Notes under the pieces: model-generated
The model's database searches: none
Told to the model about the DNA's origin: nothing
What the model saw: only the letters and a program-made list of their open reading frames with translations
In this document: piece by piece, positions 57,414 through 64,000 of the stretch
Layout of the letters: the number at the start of each line of letters is the position of its first letter
Numbering within the stretch: the first letter of the stretch is position 1
Source of the DNA: Phycisphaeraceae bacterium
GTDB lineage: Bacteria > Planctomycetota > Phycisphaerae > Phycisphaerales > Phycisphaeraceae
DNA: 64,000 bases
Assembly: GCA_963674705.1 (NCBI GenBank)
Contig: OY771506.1
Span: forward strand, 2,496,001-2,560,000
Reading direction: 5' to 3'
Translations under genes and position numbers: made by a program

Positions 57414-58666
57414 CCTTTAAGTACGTCCTCCAGTAAGTCGAGGCCTTCATTGAACAGGTCCTGGTCGATATTCAGAGCCGGTGCGATCCGCAGGACGTTA
57501 GCCTGAACGGCGTTGACCATGACGCCGCTGTTCAGACAGGCCTTGACGACGTCGCCGCCATTAGTGAATCGGCCGTTGTACGCCTGTGTATCCAGTTCAA
57601 CGCCTATGTAGAGGCCTTTACCGCGTACCTGCTTGATAATCGGGTGATTTTGTGCAAATTCATTGAGGCGTTTGGTCGCCATGTCGCCAAGGGTTTTGGC
57701 GCTTTCGATGAGGTTGTCGCGGTCGATGACCTCGAAGACTTTGGCAGTAACAGCCATGGCGATGCAGTTGCCGCCGAGCGTGCTGGCATGGACGGCGTGG
57801 CCGTGCGTGCGCCAGTCGAACAGCTCGGCGAACTTGGGGCTGATGTGCGAGACACCCACGGGCAGCCCGCCGCCGACACCTTTAGCTAGGCTCATAACGT
57901 CAGGCTGAACGTTCCAGTGCTGGTAGCCGAAGTATTTGCCGGTGTGACCGACACCCGTCCAGACTTCATCGAAGATCAGGACCAGGTCGCGCTCATCGCA
58001 CAGGGCGCGGAGGTCGGCGAGGTATGAATCGTCGGGGACATTGACGCCGCCCTCGCCCTGGATCGGTTCGACGAGTACGGCGACGGTTTCATCATCGATC
58101 GCGGCTTTGACCGCGTCGACATCATTGAACTTGACGTGCACATGCCCGGGGCCGAGCGGGCCGAAGCCTTCGTAGACTTTGGGTTGCCCGGTTGCTTCCA
58201 TTGCGCCGAAGCTTCTGCCGTGGAAGCTGCCGAGTGTGGAGATGACTTTGTATCGTCCACCTGTGGTTTTGCCTTTGTTCTTTTGGCCGTAGAGCCTGGC
58301 GAGTTTGAGTGCGGAGACGTTGGCATCTGCGCCGCTGTGGCAGAAGTAGCTGCGCCCTTCGAAGGCGTGTTTGCTGATGGCTTCCGCTGCGCGGGTCTGC
58401 GGCTCGGTGTGGAATAGGTTGCCGACGTGCCAGAGTTTCTGAGCCTGTTCGTGGATAGCGCTGACCAGGTCCGGATGACAATGCCCGAGCACGCCCGCGC
58501 CGAAGCCGGCGAACAGATCGATGTAGCGTTTATTGTTGGCATCGAACAGGAATGAACCTTCGCCACGCACGATCGCGATGGGGAATCGGCCGTAGTTAAT
58601 CGACATGTATTGGTCGTGTCGATCGGTGATCTGTTGTGTCTGCATATCGTTATCGGTAGTGGGCAC
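57410..58666 (-). CDS. argD: Acetylornithine aminotransferase (class III)
   Basis: YIDL.AG, SFHGRS, EPIQGEGG, IFDEV.TG.G.TG, SLAKG, STLGGN. Confidence 0.85.
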   Translation of the reverse strand: MPTTDNDMQTQQITDRHDQYMSINYGRFPIAIVRGEGSFLFDANNKRYIDLFAGFGAGVLGHCHPDLVSAIHEQAQKLWHVGNLFHTEPQTRAAEAISKHAFEGRSYFCHSGADANVSALKLARLYGQKNKGKTTGGRYKVISTLGSFHGRSFGAMEATGQPKVYEGFGPLGPGHVHVKFNDVDAVKAAIDDETVAVLVEPIQGEGGVNVPDDSYLADLRALCDERDLVLIFDEVWTGVGHTGKYFGYQHWNVQPDVMSLAKGVGGGLPVGVSHISPKFAELFDWRTHGHAVHASTLGGNCIAMAVTAKVFEVIDRDNLIESAKTLGDMATKRLNEFAQNHPIIKQVRGKGLYIGVELDTQAYNGRFTNGGDVVKACLNSGVMVNAVQANVLRIAPALNIDQDLFNEGLDLLEDVLKG

Positions 58667-58790
58667 GTCTGTGTGACTCCTGGTTTGTCGTGCGCGTTGG
58701 GCGTTGGATTTACATGGGAGAGACGACGGCTGAAGCCGTCTCCGCCGATTGTGGTGTGTGTGTATATGTTACCAGTGATGTGGTATGCGC

Positions 58791-58828
58791 AAAAGAGAAC
58801 CCCCGGCTTCGGAGCATGCCGGGGGTTC
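58791..58828 (-). terminator. Rho-independent terminator of the HU gene
   Basis: gaacccccggc/gccgggggttc stem, U-rich on the minus strand. Confidence 0.75.
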
Positions 58829-58860
58829 GTTCATTTGCCGTTGTTAGTTAACTCGGCAGA

Positions 58861-59211
58861 TCAGACCATTTCCTTGAGGTTCTTCAGCGGACGGATGCGT
58901 ACCGTCTTGCTGGCGGGCTTGGCCTTGAACATCATCTCTTCGCCGGTGAAGGGGTTGATGCCCTTGCGTGCCTTGGTGGCGGGCTTCTTCTTGACGACCA
59001 TCTTGCACAGGCCGGGCATGTTGAACACGCCGTTGGCCTTGAGGCTCTTCTTGATGATGGGTTCGAGTTCGGCGAAGACGGCGGCGACGTCGCGCTTGGC
59101 CAGATCGGTTTTTTCAGCGATCTGAGCGAAGATTTCGCTCTTGGTCGGAGCCTTGCTTGCGACGGCTTTCTTCTTGGTGGTCTTCTTCTTGGTGGTCTTC
59201 TTCTTAGCCAT
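58861..59211 (-). CDS. HU family DNA-binding protein with Lys-rich N-terminal extension
   Basis: TKSEI..IAEKT.L, ARKGINPFTGE..F.AKPA; N-terminus KKKTTKKKTTKKK. Confidence 0.92.
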   Translation of the reverse strand: MAKKKTTKKKTTKKKAVASKAPTKSEIFAQIAEKTDLAKRDVAAVFAELEPIIKKSLKANGVFNMPGLCKMVVKKKPATKARKGINPFTGEEMMFKAKPASKTVRIRPLKNLKEMV

Positions 59212-59586
59212 GGTGCTCTCCTAGCGGTTTGGGGTTGATCTTCCATGATCGATACATGGATCGGAGCCAACCCGTGGTTACTTTCACCCCTGCGGGGTAA
59301 ACGAATTATCGCGATTTTTACGCGGTTTTCTGTACATTTCAACTCGAATACGCCAATTGTGGGTAATTTTTCCCTTATTTTTTAGGGGTTCGCGGTTTTT
59401 AGGGGCCATTTGACAAGGAAATTGAAGGGGTTTGGACACCTTCGTGATTCTCATTTTGCCCGATATGACCGAGCTCATGTGTGACCTTGTCTTGCCAATA
59501 TGGCAGTCCTGTCAGGGCGGATTCACCGGCTGGCAGACCATCATGTGAGTAGATGCCCTCAGGACGGTTTGAGCGTGGTTTGGTTC

Positions 59587-59601
59587 TGGCATCGGGTTTG
59601 C
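59587..59601 (+). promoter_or_regulatory. sigma54 (-24/-12) promoter upstream of dnaK
   Basis: TGGCAT-cgggt-TTGC, GG-N10-GC spacing. Confidence 0.6.
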
Positions 59602-59692
59602 GTTTTGTACACCGAGCCCGTCGTATGCCCTGAACGCAGCGACGGTCCTGAGCGGCACGCATGGGCGTGGATGCGAATAAAGCCTGATTTAA

Positions 59693-61648
<1,956 letters not shown>

Positions 61649-61699
61649 CCCCTTAAAAATACTGCGACGCAGTTTCAATATCCCCAATTCCCCACCCGA

Positions 61700-61729
61700 C
61701 CCCGTGGCAAGTTTTCCACGGGGTTTTTT
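61700..61729 (+). terminator. Rho-independent terminator after dnaK
   Basis: ccccgtgg..ccacgggg plus T-run. Confidence 0.8.
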
Positions 61730-61755
61730 CAATTCTTACAACAGACCTAAATGTC

Positions 61756-61783
61756 TTGACAACAGTGGTGTACCATCTACACT
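61756..61783 (+). promoter_or_regulatory. sigma70-type promoter for hypF
   Basis: TTGACA-N16-TACACT. Confidence 0.5.
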
Positions 61784-61834
61784 GCAATCTGTGTTGATGG
61801 ATGAACCCAGGGCCCGTGAAAAGGGGGTGCGGTT

Positions 61835-64000
61835 TTGTGCCCCACCGCTGAGTTCAGCTTGCAGGTATACCGGAAGCGATGGCGCATCCTTGGACAAGTT
61901 CAAGGTGTGGGCTATCGGCCGTTCGTGTACCGCCAGGCGCGGGCCTCGGGGATAAGTGGATATGTTCGGAACGACGACCGGGGGGTAACGATCGAAGCCC
62001 AGGGGTCGGCAGCTCAACTTAAGCGGTTTTCACGGGCCCTTGACGCCGAGCGGCCGCCCCTGGCTTCTATTGATCAGGTCATTGTAGAGGACATCCCGGT
62101 GTGCGACGAGCCCGTTGCCGGCCGGTTTTTGATACTCGATAGCAACATCCTGGACCAGGCCCAGGCGGCCAGTAGCGCCCGTGTCGGCATCACGATCGAC
62201 TCGGCGGTGTGCCCGGCCTGTCTGCGCGAACTATTAGATAAGAACGATCGCAGGCACCACTACGCGATGACCAACTGCACGGACTGCGGGCCGCGGTACA
62301 CGATCATCGACCGCATCCCGTACGATCGGCCTAACACGACGATGCACGGCTTTGAGTTGTGCGATGCGTGTCGAAGCGAATACAACAATCCCGGCGATCG
62401 GCGTTATCATGCCCAGCCCATCGCCTGCCATGACTGCGGACCAAAACTTGAACTGGTAAACCCCGTCGGTGGAGTGCTTTCGGGTGACCCGGTTCCGGTG
62501 GTTATGGGTTTATTGAGTGAGGGTCGGGTTGTGGCGATCAAAGGGCTGGGGGGGTTCCATCTTGCGGTGCGCGGCGATGATGAACAAGCCGTGGCGCGAT
62601 TGCGGCGGTGCAAGCAGCGGGACGGCAAGCCGTTCGCGTTGATGTGCCGTTCGCTTGAAGTGGCGCACACGTTGGTGGAACTCAGTGAATCGGCCGGGGC
62701 GCTGTTGTGCTCTCCGGCCGCGCCGATTGTTTTGGCAACACGGAGGCCCGACGCTCTTGTCGCGCCTTCGGTTGCACCGGGTAGCCACCGCCTGGGTGTC
62801 ATGCTGCCTTACACACCGATCCATCATTTACTATTTGAATCGCTGGATCCTTCCATAGATGCGCTGGTGATGACCAGTGCCAACGCGTCGAACGAGCCGC
62901 TGACGATCGACAACGATGAAGCACTTGATCGGCTTAAGGGGCTGTGTGACGCGATGCTTTGGCACGATCGGCCGATCCGCAGGCGGGTGGATGACTCGGT
63001 CGTGCTGGATATGCAGGATGAAAAGCCGCTGCCGATACGTCGGGCGCGTGGTTACGTGCCGAAGTCGATCTCGCTGCCGACCGAGAGCAGGGTGCACGGG
63101 CTTTGTATTGGCGGCGAATTGAAGAACACGATCGGGTTCGTGCGGGACGGTCGAGTGACATTGAGTCAGCACATCGGTGACCTGGGTTACACGTCGGTGT
63201 TTGATCACTTTAGACAGAACATCGACGACCTGGTGAATCTGTTTGATGTTCAGCCGAAGTGGGTCGCGCACGATCTACACCCGATGTATATGGGCACGGT
63301 ATACGCCAAAGAGCTTGCCAAGCGTTGGGATGTGCCATTGATCGGTGTGCAGCACCATCACGCGCATGCGGCGTCGGTGATGGCGGAGCACGGCGAGACC
63401 GGGCCTGTGCTGGCGGTCGTGTGTGACGGCGTCGGCTACGGCGACGACGGCATGAGCTGGGGCGGTGAACTTCTGCTGGCTGATCTGGTGGATTACGAGC
63501 GGCTGGCGCACCTGAAGCCGATCGACCTGATCGGCGGGGATGCGGCGGCGCAAGATACCCGGCGATGCGGTTTGGCATTACTACAGCAAGCCTACGGCGA
63601 AGCGTTTGCGGAGCATCCGGCAGTTACAGAATTGATACCGGATGAAACCGAACGGCAGATGTTCATCGGGATGCTGCAAAAAGGTTTGAACTGCACGCCG
63701 ACGACGGCGACCGGCCGATACTTTGACGGCATCGCGGCGCTGCTTGGCGTCTGTCAATACAACAGCTTCGAGGCGCAAGCGCCGATGCGGCTTGAAACCG
63801 AAGCCTATGCCAATGAAGCGGCGTTGCCTGGCACGCCGCTTTATCGTATCCACGAGGGCGAGCCGCAGGTGATCGATTTATCCGCGCTCGTCGCAGGTAT
63901 CGTGGAGGGTAAGGCACAAGGCAGAAGCGCCCAGATGCTGGCGGCGATGTTCCACGATCAACTCACATGGGCGTGGGTGGATGTGGTGGACCTGGCGGTA
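61835..64000 (+). CDS. hypF: [NiFe]-hydrogenase maturation carbamoyltransferase (runs off the window; absent from the ORF track)
   Basis: Hand translation: GQVQGVGYRPFVY, CPAC, NCTDCGPRY, CDAC..YHAQPIACHDCGP, IKGLGGFHL, QHHHAH; TTG start tentative. Confidence 0.95.
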   Translation, partial: MCPTAEFSLQVYRKRWRILGQVQGVGYRPFVYRQARASGISGYVRNDDRGVTIEAQGSAAQLKRFSRALDAERPPLASIDQVIVEDIPVCDEPVAGRFLILDSNILDQAQAASSARVGITIDSAVCPACLRELLDKNDRRHHYAMTNCTDCGPRYTIIDRIPYDRPNTTMHGFELCDACRSEYNNPGDRRYHAQPIACHDCGPKLELVNPVGGVLSGDPVPVVMGLLSEGRVVAIKGLGGFHLAVRGDDEQAVARLRRCKQRDGKPFALMCRSLEVAHTLVELSESAGALLCSPAAPIVLATRRPDALVAPSVAPGSHRLGVMLPYTPIHHLLFESLDPSIDALVMTSANASNEPLTIDNDEALDRLKGLCDAMLWHDRPIRRRVDDSVVLDMQDEKPLPIRRARGYVPKSISLPTESRVHGLCIGGELKNTIGFVRDGRVTLSQHIGDLGYTSVFDHFRQNIDDLVNLFDVQPKWVAHDLHPMYMGTVYAKELAKRWDVPLIGVQHHHAHAASVMAEHGETGPVLAVVCDGVGYGDDGMSWGGELLLADLVDYERLAHLKPIDLIGGDAAAQDTRRCGLALLQQAYGEAFAEHPAVTELIPDETERQMFIGMLQKGLNCTPTTATGRYFDGIAALLGVCQYNSFEAQAPMRLETEAYANEAALPGTPLYRIHEGEPQVIDLSALVAGIVEGKAQGRSAQMLAAMFHDQLTWAWVDVVDLAV

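Overview
GC-rich bacterial chromosomal segment. It is very probably Planctomycetota, Phycisphaerae-like, inferred from LEPRxLLS planctomycete extracellular motifs, a DUF1570-like peptidase, a PEP-CTERM protein and prepilin clusters. About 54 CDS are supported. Housekeeping genes include uvrC, truA, accD, ndk, metF, argD, an HU gene, dnaK and a partial hypF that the ORF track missed. The window also has a PilZ-TM-PAS-GGDEF-EAL signalling protein, a TetR-regulated RND pump, three radical SAM enzymes (two with putative B12-binding domains) and a pentaheme cytochrome c. No rRNA, tRNA, CRISPR array, transposase or integrase was recognised. The most unusual part is a surface-structure region at about 18.4-29.9 kb. 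It has a FimU/PilV/PilW/PilX-like minor pilin set whose 1324-aa PilX carries apparently nested LamG domains around a low-GC beta-solenoid-like insert. Next come three tandem secreted FG-GAP/VCBS paralogs and an out-of-frame orphan copy of their conserved LGLWE(G/A) C-terminus. Intergenic DNA is dense with several families of short-unit (7-11 nt) inverted-repeat arms and REP-like palindromes, found as paired elements, as composite direct repeats around one gene, and as mosaics of solo arms. All calls come from reading motifs by eye; no database searches or folding computations were run.
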